Source of the DNA: Chiloscyllium plagiosum
Taxonomy: Eukaryota
Reading direction: 5' to 3'
Length of the DNA: 64,000 nt
NCBI RefSeq assembly: GCF_004010195.1
Contig: NC_057720.1
Coordinates: 5,244,177 to 5,308,176, forward strand
The translations under genes were made by a program, and so were the position numbers. A model generated the notes under the pieces. That model ran no database searches. It was not told where the DNA came from and saw only the letters and a list, made by a program, of their open reading frames with translations. This document shows, one piece after another, positions 52,878 through 64,000 of the stretch. How positions within the stretch are numbered: position 1 is the stretch's first letter; each line of letters begins with the position of its first letter.

Positions 52878-53856
52878 AAATCTGTTAACTAGTCAGCATA
52901 GCCCTGCAGAATATACAGTGCCTGCTTCAAGAAAGTCAGAGTTTTTCCACTCATTTAACAGGAATTAAACTTCTTGCATGCTCACTTAAAAAAAAGAGTC
53001 CTGTCTTTCCGACAACCAGATGAAGTACTGTACCAGTATTTCAGTCAGGGACATGTTATTATCCTTGCACACAAACCATCCAGAACAAAACATGAATTGG
53101 CTATTTGCGAACTATTTTAAGTTATTCGTACAGTTAGCAGTAATATCTGGTTACAATGACTGGCTGCTTGCATTCAAAGTCAGGGATCCTCAAAAGTATA
53201 TTTTATGCTTTCTTTCAAGCTCAACAACAAACTTTTGGACACCCTGTCTATTCCATGTACAATAGCAGCTGACATTCTTCTCCTAGCTAGACTGAAAAGA
53301 CAGACTGCAAATGAAAGTGTATTAAATAATTCCCAAACAAAGCCTCAAAAATACAAAGTGTCATCACACTAGATAGTCAGGAAGACAAACTAACGAGTAT
53401 CAACTGTACTAATGCAGCATATAATGAAGATGCATTCAGTGTTTTTGGCTGATAGCCAGTGTGATTGCTGTCAGCCTAAGATTCCACCACTGAATCATAC
53501 TAGACAAGGTTCACGGCCAGCAAACCAGGAAATTAAAAATCTTGGTTACTCTAGCCTTTACAGTAAAGCTTGTGTTTCATGCTGGATCGAAATAGGAACG
53601 GGATCCTCTTGAATACAAAATTAAGATTTAGAATTACCCAACATTAACAAATGGACTGCTTGAATTGTTCAGCTATGCCAACGTGCACTGTCAAGAGTCA
53701 GAATTTGATGCCTATGGGAAATTTACAGTAGTTGAGCCAAGGAACATAACCACCAATAAACACTGACTTTGATTCTGCATTTGAATGTATAGCAAAACTG
53801 TCAATATTTTTGGTCCTTGTTTTGCAAAACTGACTGCCATTTCTTGGTGGTCTCTG

Positions 53857-53950
53857 TTCTGAGGAAGGGTCACCAGACCTGAAATGTTAACTTTGATTTC
53901 TCTTCATAGATGCTGCCAGATTTGAGCTTTCTCAGCAATTTCTGTTTTTG
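53857..53950 (+). mobile_element. Older Penelope-derived short element (family E)
   Basis: CTGAGGA-A-GGGTC/ACCA/GACCT-GAAATGTT. Flanking GCCATTTCTT at 53836-53845 and 53953-53962. Confidence 0.7.
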
Positions 53951-54983
53951 TAGCCATTTCTTTGCATCTGCTCACATACAATTAAATGGGAAAATCCAAA
54001 AGGTGGCTGCCAGTGATCTCTATTCACCCTGCAGGATGTGTTGTGGAGTTGCTTAATATGGAAATCAATAAACTGACAATACTTTCTGTACTACTAATCT
54101 TGCTTGACAAAGTAATGCCTTGTTGAAAGAGGTGTAAATAGGTTTTGCAATTGTCTAAATATAATTAATTCGCATTGGTCCTGACAACAGTAATTTTACA
54201 TTTTTACAAGGCTATATTTCTATTATAAAAAGTTTTTTTTAAAATAAAATTATGATATTTCAGTTTCCACCTTGGCCCCAAGTGCACATTCCTATCTTTA
54301 CTTCAATGTCTATGAAAGGAGTAAAAAGTGAAGCAGAATCAAGATTTTTAGTTTCCTGGTTCTCTGGTTGTGAACATATGATTTACTGCTCAACTCACTG
54401 ATCATTTCTGAATACAAAGGCTCATCTTTAGTTGGCATTAAAATGAAGTTAATGTTGGGGAGAGATGAAATCCTTTCTACAATGATCACTAGTTTCATCA
54501 CTTTGTTATTGACAGCAAAATTCAGGCCATTAAATTGCAAACATTAGACTAATCAAAAAAAAGGTGACACATTAACACTGCAGGTCAAGATCCTGCAGGA
54601 GGTAATCAAAGAGATTCCAGCCAAACATAAACTTGCTTACTCTTTCAATAGTGTGTGCTTCTAATATTTTTTCAGTTATCAATGTGGATCAAAGACTATT
54701 CATGGGATCTCAAAGTAATTTGCCCACCATTTTGACACTGTCCGGGTAAGATTAATCAAGGACATAGAATGTACTTGGTCAAAATTTGTTACAGCCATGA
54801 TGCATTAAAGGTGAAGGGGTAAAGGTTCAGATGACCAACTGATATTGGAGATAACAGCCACAACTCATTGTTAGAGAACAATCTCAATGATTTATAGAAA
54901 TTGAGGATTTTACACATATCTAATTATAAAGTTTGATAGGCACACTTTCCAAAAAGAAATGAAACTATTTGAAATTAGTATTA

Positions 54984-55187
54984 CAGGTCATTCTGTTGTC
55001 ACGTGAATTCACTATAACGCAACTGACGAACCGGGGACACTTCCTAAAGTGCAAACCTTTCAGACATGTGTTGCCTGTAATGTGATTATATTGCCAACAC
55101 TTTTAAGTGCTGTTTCTAAAGCACAACTTTTCTGTAACTCAGGATTGCACAAGAATGCAATCATTGCGTTATAGAAGAATTATCTAT
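54984..55187. mobile_element. Possible old Tigger-like MITE
   Basis: Degenerate inverted ends (TA-CAGGTCATTCTGTTGTCACG and CGTTATAGAAGAATTATCTA-TA). Confidence 0.35.
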
Positions 55188-56768
55188 ATTATAATCAAAA
55201 TAACTTAAATCGATTTCACCAAACACACTAAACATTGGAAAACATCTCAGTGCTTCACAAACGGTTAGCGGGGACAAGGTAGTAAAAGTAGTTATTCAGG
55301 GTAGGAGACCCAAGGCTTGGCAAAACTGCTTGGTCTTGTGACCAAGAGTTAGAGGGGCTTCACGTAAGTGTGGATGGGCGTGCGTTTCGGAAGTATTGAA
55401 GACGTGATCACGGCAATTGAAGAGAAGACTGCCAATGGTAAAATGCAATGCTACATGAGGCTAGAGGAAGAAAATTCAGAGGGACGTTCTGGACCAGGGG
55501 CTTAAAGAGTATAAGAGGGGCAAAACTATGAAACAATTTAGAAGAATGAAACCATTAAAGTAGCGTGGGGATAGAATTGGAGGGGGAAAAGAGTAATTCA
55601 ATGAAGGAGAAGGAAGGTAAATACTGGTACAGAATAGGATACAGACAGCTAGATTAGAGGATAGGTTAAACTTTACAAAGAGTGGAGCACAGAAAGCCAA
55701 CCAGGAGAATATGGTTAAATATGGAGTTTACCACTACATAGATTGCAATAGTCTAAATATAGATGGCCAGAGTTAAAAGAATTGGTCTGAGAAGATGTTC
55801 TGTAGGTCACACTAGGTAGTATTTGTGATGCACAGGATATGGCAGAGCAAGCTCAGCTCAGGAGCAAACATGACAAACTAATATCAAGAAATGGTGGAAA
55901 GGCAGAAATCAGGGACAAGGTTATGTGGAGCTGGGAAGAAAAGTTAATACTTTAAATGCTTGGGCTACAATCAGAAAGGAAAGTGTGAAACCAACCATAC
56001 ATATCTCAACAGCAAAAATGATAGCAAAGGATGAATTCTAGTTGTCATTGTTGCTAAAATAATTACTGTTAGATTAGTAGCTATCATAAATGCTGATTTC
56101 CTTTTCAGAAAAAGGAGAGATTATTGACTGGAATTTAGTGCAGTAAAAGAGTAGAAGGTAGACTCGGTGAAATATCATGCAAAATGTAGAAAATGAAGGA
56201 TTTTCTTTAATAAAATGCAATTAGATGTAACCATAGGCTAAATTTCATTACAGTAGTAAATGGTTAATAATATTAGCATATCAGGTTTGTAAAAAATTAA
56301 CTTCCTTTGATAATGGATCAAAAACTATTTGATTAAATTGGTGATACCTCAACTTTGTAGCTTGAGTCACCTTGCTCATTCAATGTATTTGGGTGCAGAG
56401 TTACAAACTAGCTTGATTGGTAACGTTTCTCCATATTATTCAAGAATCCTGAAAACTGTTATTCTGATTCAAAAGTAGATACAAAATTACTTTGGCTCAA
56501 ATTTTAGTATGTGGTATAAAGAACACACAAAGGAAAGAAAGAGTGCTGTAAATGATTGATCAAGAGGTGTAGAAATCATGAACTTGATTGTTTGGCATTA
56601 GTGCCTGATCCTGGTTAAATGAGTAAGAAAGTATCAAATCATGCTCATCCATGTTGTTGTACAATAACTCTTAAGAATGGTATTCCATTTGCTGCATCTT
56701 AGTTACTGGCAGGAATATTACTCAAGGAAATATGTTCCTTTAACTGAAACTGACCATAGATTTTTTTT

Positions 56769-57081
56769 TTAGATTAGATTAGATTACAGTGTGGAAACAG
56801 GCCCTTCGGCCCAACAAGTCCACACCGACCCGCCGAAGCGAAACCCACCCATACCCCTACATTTACCCCTTACCTAACACTACGGGCAATTTAGTATGGC
56901 CAATTCACCTAACCTGCACATCTTTGGACTGTGGGAGGAAACCGGAGCACCCGGAAGAAACCCACGCAGACACAGGGAGAACGTGCAAACTCCACACAGT
57001 CAGTCGCCTGAGGCGGGAATTGAACCCGGGTCTCTGGCGCTGCGAGGCAGCAGTGCTAACCACTGTGCCACCGTGCCGCCC
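56769..57081 (-). mobile_element. Young full-length HE1-type V-SINE
   Basis: Head GGGCGGCACGGTGGCACAGTGGTTAGC with B-box GGTTCAATTCC, V-domain, CR1-like 3' end and (TCTAA)n tail; CpGs are retained. Confidence 0.95.
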
Positions 57082-57363
57082 ACTAAAGAGCAGTAGTGTT
57101 TTGAAACACTACTGCTCTTAATGTCAACCAAATTTAATTTCCTGTTTTTTTAAAGATGAAATTTCTTGAAAATTTGCAAGTATCATTATTATTTTGGAAC
57201 ATAAATTGAAAATAAATTAGAGTGTGAGACAACTTCAAAACATAGTTCACATGAACAGTGGTTGAAATAATGCACAACTAATAAGAATCTACATGGGCAG
57301 AATAGATTGACAATTATGAATTCTTATTTTACAAAACTGATGGGCATATAAAAGTTCAGCAGC

Positions 57364-57590
57364 AACAAAAACAGAAAATTGTTGAAAAGACTCAGTTAAT
57401 CTGGCAACATCTGTGCAGAGAAATCATAGTTAACGTTTTGGGTCCAGTGACCCAAACAAGTTCTGAGGAAGAGCCACAGACCCGAAATATTAACTGATTT
57501 CTCTTCACAGATGCTGCCAGACTTGCAGAGCTTTTCCAGCATTTTTTCTGTTTTTATTTGATTTACTGCATCCACGGTTCTTTTGGTTTG
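57364..57590. mobile_element. Older inverted pair of family E elements
   Basis: Arms invert around CTGAGGAAGAGCCACAGACCCGAAA. Confidence 0.7.
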
Positions 57591-59104
57591 TTTTTTTTTG
57601 AAAAAAGATTCAGTAGGTCGAATAACCTAAATTTTTAACTGAATCATAAACTTGACTGTGCTTCAAGGTGGGGTGGGGGGGGGGGGGGTTTGTTAGCTGG
57701 TTTGTGATGGAGTGGCAATTCCTGCACTAGCTGAGGTTACTCTTGAAGACAACTTCTCAAACTCCCCCATCTGAGGTGTGATGACCCACAGGTTAGACCA
57801 CCAGTCATCTGTCTAATGAGACAGCAACCCTAATGTTGACTACTTTACCTGCATTAAGACCACTGTCCTACCCCTAGCAGATCTGTTTTGAGAAACCATG
57901 CTTATCTGTCCTGTGGACCATCTCTCATCCACTGTAGCTTGCCCACAACCATTCTAGTGCCATTATCCAACCTATGTCAACCCTTCTGTTGCATTTGATA
58001 AGGTGCCAAATAAAATGTCATTGCACAAGAGCAAAGCTTATGTTATTAGATTAGATTAGATTCCCTACAGTATGGAAACAGGCCCTTTGGCCTAACAAGT
58101 CCAATGGGGTAATGTATTAGCATAGATTGAGGATTAGTTAACAAACAGAAAAAGAAGAGTCAGGACTAATGGGTATTTTTCAGATTGGTAATATTCAACT
58201 AATTGACTGGCACAAGAATCAGCCCTGGTGCTTCAATGATTTAATAACTATATCAATGATGAGGAGGAAGGAGCAAATATCTAAATCTGATGACAACACA
58301 AAAACAAGTGGGAGAACATGTATTGACGAGGACATAAAGAACTTTCAAGGGGACATAGATAGGTTGAACAAGTAGGCAAAAACCTGGCAGTTGAAGTTTA
58401 ACGTCCGTAAGTATAAATATTACTTCCATAGGAAGAATCAAATGGCAGACTTATTTAAAATGCGGAGACACACCAATATTGTGCAACACAGAGGAATCGG
58501 AGTATTATGCATGAAACATAAATGTTAGCATGCAGGTAGAACAAGCACTTATGGTTTAAAAACCAGAAAAGTCTGGTTACAACTTTACATTGCATTGATA
58601 AGGCTGCACCTCGAATATTGCAGACAGCTTTGGGTCCCCATATTTAAAGAAAATGAGATATTGGCTCTGTAGACATTTCAAAAGAGATTGAATCAGCTGA
58701 TTCCTGGAACGTAGGAATAAGTTACTGCAGATACTGGAACCTGTACTGAAAAACAAAAAAAAATGAATATCGTTCAGTCATCTGGACTTGAAACGTTAAT
58801 TTGCTTTCACTCCATGGATGCAACCTGATCCAGCGATAGAGTCATAGAGATGTACAGCATGGAAACAGATCCTTCGTTCCAACCAGTCCATGCTGACCAG
58901 ATATCCCAACCCAATCTAGTCCCACCTGCCAGCACCCAGCTCATATGCCTCCAAACCCTTCCTATTCATATACCCATCCAAATGCCTCTTAAATATTGCA
59001 ATTGTACCAGCCTCTACCACTTCCTCTGGCAGCTCATTCCATACACGTACCACCAGCATTTTTTTGTTTTTAGCCCTGGGATGTATGGGTTAACTTATGA
59101 AGAC

Positions 59105-62100
59105 CTAGAACAGAACTTTACTGAGGCCCTTGATGTTACGCCGACCTACGAACTTAATCTGATGCCCATCTAACCTACATCATCCATTTTTACCCGTATG
59201 TCCAATGTCCATTTCAATGTCCTTAATGTCAGTGAGTCTACTACTGTTGCAGGCAGGCCGCTCCTGCACCTGCCTTGAAGAAACTACCGCTAATATCTGT
59301 CCTAAATCTATCACCCCTCACTTTAAAGCTATGTCCCCTCGTGTTAGCCTTCACCATCAGAGGAAAAAGGCTCTCACTGTCCACCCTGTCTAACCCTCTG
59401 ATTATCTCCTATGTCTCGATTAAGTCACCTCTCAACCTTCTTCTCTCCAACAAAAAAAGCCTCAGTTCCCTCAGCCTTTCCTCGTCAGACCTTCCTACCA
59501 TACTGGCAACATCCTGTAAATCTCCTCTTAACCCTTTCTAAAGCTTCCACATCCTTCCTGTAATGCAGGACCAGAACTGTATGCAATACTCCAGGTGTGG
59601 ACTTAACAGTTTCTTGTACAGCTGAAGCATGACCTGATGGCTCCGAAACCCAAATCCCCCCTACCAATAAACGCCAACACATTATATGCCTTCTTAACAA
59701 CTCTATCAACCTGAGTGGCAACTTTAGGGATTTATACAACTGGACACAGATTTCTGTTCATCGACACTGCCGAGAATTTGACCATTAGCCCAGTACTCTG
59801 CATTCCTTTCACTTCTTCCGAAGTGAAGTACCTCATACTTTGCCGCATTAAACTCTTATTTGCCAGTTCTCAGCCAGCTCTGCATCTTATCCACGTCCCT
59901 CTGTAACCCACAACATCCTTCGGCACTGTCAACAACTCTACCTTAGCGTCATCTGCAAATTTACTAACCCATCCTTCTACGCCCACCTCCAGATCATTTA
60001 TAAAAATGACCCCAAAACAGATCCTTGCAGCACACCACTGGTAACTGAGCTTCAGGATGAAATTTCTCATCAACTACTACCCTCTGTCTTCTTTCAGCGA
60101 GCCAATTTCTGACCCATACCGTCAAATCACCTTCAGTCCCAAAACTCTGTATTTTAGAACATAGAACATAGAAGAATACAGCGCAGTACAGGCCCTTTGG
60201 CCCTCGATGTTGCACCGATCCAAGCCCACCTAACCTACACTAGCCCACTATCCTCCATATGCCTATCCATTGCCTGTTTAAATGCCCATAAAGAGGGAGA
60301 GTCCACCACTGCTACTGGCAGGGCATTCCATGAACTCACAACTCGCTGAGTAAAGAATCTACCCCTAACATCTGTCCTATACCTACCACCCCTTAATTTA
60401 AAGCTATGCTCCCTCGTAATAGCTGACTCCATATGTGGAAAAAGGTTCTCAGGGTTAACCCTATCTAAACCCCTAATCATTTTGTGCAAAAGCCTACCAT
60501 GTGGGACCTTATCGAAGGTCTTACTGAAGGCCATATACACCATATCAACAGCTGAACCTTTATCCACCTGTACTGTCACCTTCTCGAAGAACTCAGTAAG
60601 GTTAGTGAGGCACGACTTACCTTTCACAAACCTGTGTTGACCTTCCATAATCAAATTATTCCTCTCCAGATGACTATAAATCCCATCTCTTCTAACTTTT
60701 TCCAACACCTTACTCACAAGTGAAGTAAGGTTCACTGGCCTATAATTATGATTTGGAGATGCCAGTGATGGACTGGGGTGTACAAAGTTAAAAATCACAT
60801 AACACCAGGTTATAGACCAACAGATTTAATTGGAAGCACTAGCTTTTGAACTATAACCTGATGTTGTATGATTTGTAACTTTGACCTATAGTTAGCAGCG
60901 TTGTCTCGACTCCCCTTCTTAAACAAGAGTACAACAATTGCCATCTTTCAGTCTTCTGGTACTACTCCTGTCGACAACAATGACATAAAGATCAAAGCCA
61001 AAGGCTCTGCAATTTCCTCCCTGACTTCCGAGGATAAATCCCATCTGGCCCCAGGATCTTATCTATTTTCAGATATTCCAAAATTGCTAAAACCACCTCA
61101 TTGTCAACCTTAATCCCATCTAATCTTGTAGCCTGTACCTCTATATTCTCAGTAACATTGCCCTTTTCCAATGGGAATACTGACGAAAAGCCTTCATTAA
61201 ACGCTTTCATTATGTCCTCAGATTCCACACATAACTTCCTACTACTATCTTTGATTGGCCCTAATCTTACTCTAGTCATTCTTTTATTCCAGATATACCA
61301 ATAGAAGGCCTTAGGGTTTTCCTTGAGCCTAGCCACCAACAACTTCTCATATCCCCGCATGGCTCTTCTTTAGATCTTTTCTGGCTACCTTTTACTGTCG
61401 AGCTCCCTAGCTGAGTCTTCACACCTCATCCTTACATAAGCCTTCCTCTTCTTTTTGTCAACAGCTTCAAATTCTTTAGTGAACCATGGCACTCTCTCAA
61501 CAACTACCTCCCTGCCTGGTAAATACATACTTATCAAGGACCTGCAGTAGCTGTTCCTTGAATAAGCTCCACAATTCAAGTGTGCCCATCCCCTGCAGTT
61601 TCCTTCCCCATCCTAAATCTTGCCTAATCACATCATAATTGCCTTTCACCCAATTACACCTCTTTTCCTGCAGTATATACCTATTCCCGCCCATTGCTAT
61701 TGCAAACATAACCGAATTGTGGTCACTATCACCAAAGTACTCACCGACCACCAAATCCAACACCTGGGCGGGTTCATTCCCCTGTATCAAATCTAATTTG
61801 GCATCACCCCTTGTTGCCTTGTCTACATATGGCGTCAGAAAACCCTCCTGCACACACTGAACAAAAACTGACCCATCTAAACTACTTGAACTATAGTATT
61901 CCCAGTCAATACTGGGGAAGTTAAAGTCCCCCATAACAATAACCCTGTTACTCTCGCTCCCATCGAGAATCATCTTTGCTATCCTTTCCTCTACATCCCT
62001 GGAACTATTTGGAGGCCTATAGAAAATCCCCAACAGGGTGACCTCTCCTTTCCTGTTTTTAACCTCAGCTCAAACTACCACTTTGGATGAGTCCTCAAGC

Positions 62101-62570
62101 GTTATCTCAACTGCTGTAATACTACCCTTGATTAACAATGCTACACCTTCTCCTCTTTTCCCATCTTCTCTGTTCTTCAGGAAACATCTAAATCCCGGAC
62201 TCTGCAACAACCATTCCTGTCCCTTCTCTAGCCATGTCTCTGAAATGGCCACAACTTTGAAATCCCAGGTACTAACCCAAGCTACAAGTTCACCCACCTT
62301 ATTCCAGATGCTCCTGGCATTGAAGTACACACATTTCAATGCAACATCCTGATTGCCAGTGCCCTCTTGCAACGTTGTAAACCTATCCCTGACCTTATTG
62401 CCCTGAACCTCCTGTACACTGGAACTACAATTCAGGGTCCCATCCCCATGCTGCATTAGTTTACAACACCCCCATCCTCGAAAAGCATTAGCAAATTAAG
62501 CCCCAGGATATTGGTACCCCTCTGGTTCCATCCTGTTTGTAGAGATCCCACCTTCCCCAGAAAGGCAGGT
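59105..62570 (-). mobile_element. Long CR1 LINE ORF2 (APE endonuclease plus RT), disrupted, with nested insertions
   Basis: KCVYFNARSI..ISETWL, YRPPNS..MGDFNFP..LDL..SDHN (endonuclease) and NYRPVNLTS..FSKTFDKVPH..FADD (RT). A CR1 3' end is nested at ~60155-60480. Confidence 0.92.
60752..60884. mobile_element. Family C inverted pair with central deletion, inside CR1
   Basis: Matches the arms of 19130-19325 and 38762-38960. Confidence 0.8.
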
Positions 62571-64000
62571 TAGGCCTTTATTCATTAGAATTCAAAAAAA
62601 TGAGTGGCAATCTAGGTACAAGATTCTGATAAGACTTGACAAGGTAGATGTTGAATTTCCCCACAAGCGGGGAAAATCTCAAAGTGGAGGACAAAATAAG
62701 GCGATGCTCAGTTAAAACTGGATGTGAAACTGTTTTTGTCTTACCAAGGTTAGTGAATGTCTAGAATTCTCTATCCCAGAGTGTTGTGGAAGTGAGATGA
62801 CAAAGTGTTTAAAGTGGGAGATAGATTTTTGTAATATTAGTTAAATTAATAGCTATACTGAGCTTGCACCAAAGATGAGTTGAGGCCTGGGGCAGATCAG
62901 TTGTGGTTTTGTCTCATTGCAAGGCAGGCTTGACAGGTCGAATGGTTAGAAGTAAATATGTGCAACATTTGCTTAAACATTTTGTGTGTGTTACTGGTTT
63001 TGGTCTCTCATTGAGTTAAAAGCAGAATATCAAGATGGAAATTGCTTCAAAGACAGGAACTTGGTCAGAACTAAAGCAGAAGTTTAACTCACTGCATAGG
63101 GAATCCAACATGCTGAAAGGAACAAGTTCTCTGACCAGGTGAAACTGATCGAATCAGTCATGGTGGGAATCAGGATTTCTCTGGATAAGCTGCAAACTCT
63201 TCTGCTCAAACGAAAAGCACCACCAATAAGGGTTCTACACTCACTTTAAAGTTTCTCATCTGTTGTATCAATCAATCAAAATTCCAGCATTTGGAATTTT
63301 CTGTTTGATATTCTAAAGTATATCACATTGATATTCTTCAGTTGGTGACCCTCTGACCTGTTCAGCATTATACACCATTTGAAGAAAAAATGGTACTAAG
63401 ACACGATACTGTAATAAATTGTTGACCTGACTATTACAAGTGATTAATTGCTAACCTATTGACTCTGCATCTCTCAGGGCAGAGGAATGATTCAGCTTCC
63501 TGACCATCAGGCAGAGGTATTTACATTCAGGAAAAAAAATCTATAAAAACCCAAAGATGTAACCACAATGGTTTTGACCTGGTATAGCAAACTGATGAAT
63601 TATTAAACAATTATAAAATATTTCTAAACATAACTTCTATTAACATTTAGCAGGGCCAAAGGTAGATCTCAAAGCTGAAGAACTACTTTGTAATTTCAAA
63701 TTTGTATTCAGTCATACAAGGGTTTTTTTTGCATATTCAATCCAGTGTATCATAATTAAATGTGAGCAGCTGATTAACTTTACCTACCATTCTTCCTTGA
63801 CAGAGAACGAATTTGGTTTACAACAATACAGTATTTAAAAACAAAGCTGCACTTACACTGTTCTGGTGTTTTTATATCATTAGCCTCTGAAGAGCAGCTT
63901 TTGGACAGCTGGTGGCAGTATTACAACAAATGCATTATACATGTATTTGCAGAGACAATGTTTTTCTCCCCCTCCCTAAAATAACCTCTGTAATGAAGCT

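Noticed and set aside
36476..54739. Possible plus-strand exons at ~36476-36510, ~37985-38132 and ~54677-54746
   Set aside because: Phases can be joined, but two donors are weak, the peptides are unrecognisable, and an equally plausible minus-strand exon overlaps 38054-38098.

Overview
Eukaryotic, AT-rich, repeat-dense genomic DNA from a cartilaginous fish. The HE1-type V-SINE, CR1/HER1 LINEs and Penelope families point to a shark; bamboo or epaulette shark is my inference. Nearly all ORFs in the track are transposon fragments or noise, and no host gene can be named with confidence; only weak minus-strand exon and promoter candidates were found. Mobile content: many CR1 LINE fragments (some with endonuclease plus RT), a Rex1/Babar-type LINE, V-SINEs, a TA-flanked Tc1/mariner-type MITE, two Penelope-like GIY-YIG fragments, and a decayed Gypsy element with the unusual integrase-before-RT (Gmr1-type) order. 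The strongest signal is a population of about 20 short Penelope-derived elements from at least 4 sequence families that start with a minimal hammerhead-ribozyme core (CUGAnGA-stem II-GAAA-NUH). They often sit as head-to-head inverted pairs with 10-17 bp target-site duplications, invert at the ribozyme, and carry a ~30-40 nt tail on one arm only. One such pair has captured a 141-bp copy of genomic DNA lying ~1.1 kb downstream. Coordinates of old repeats are approximate.
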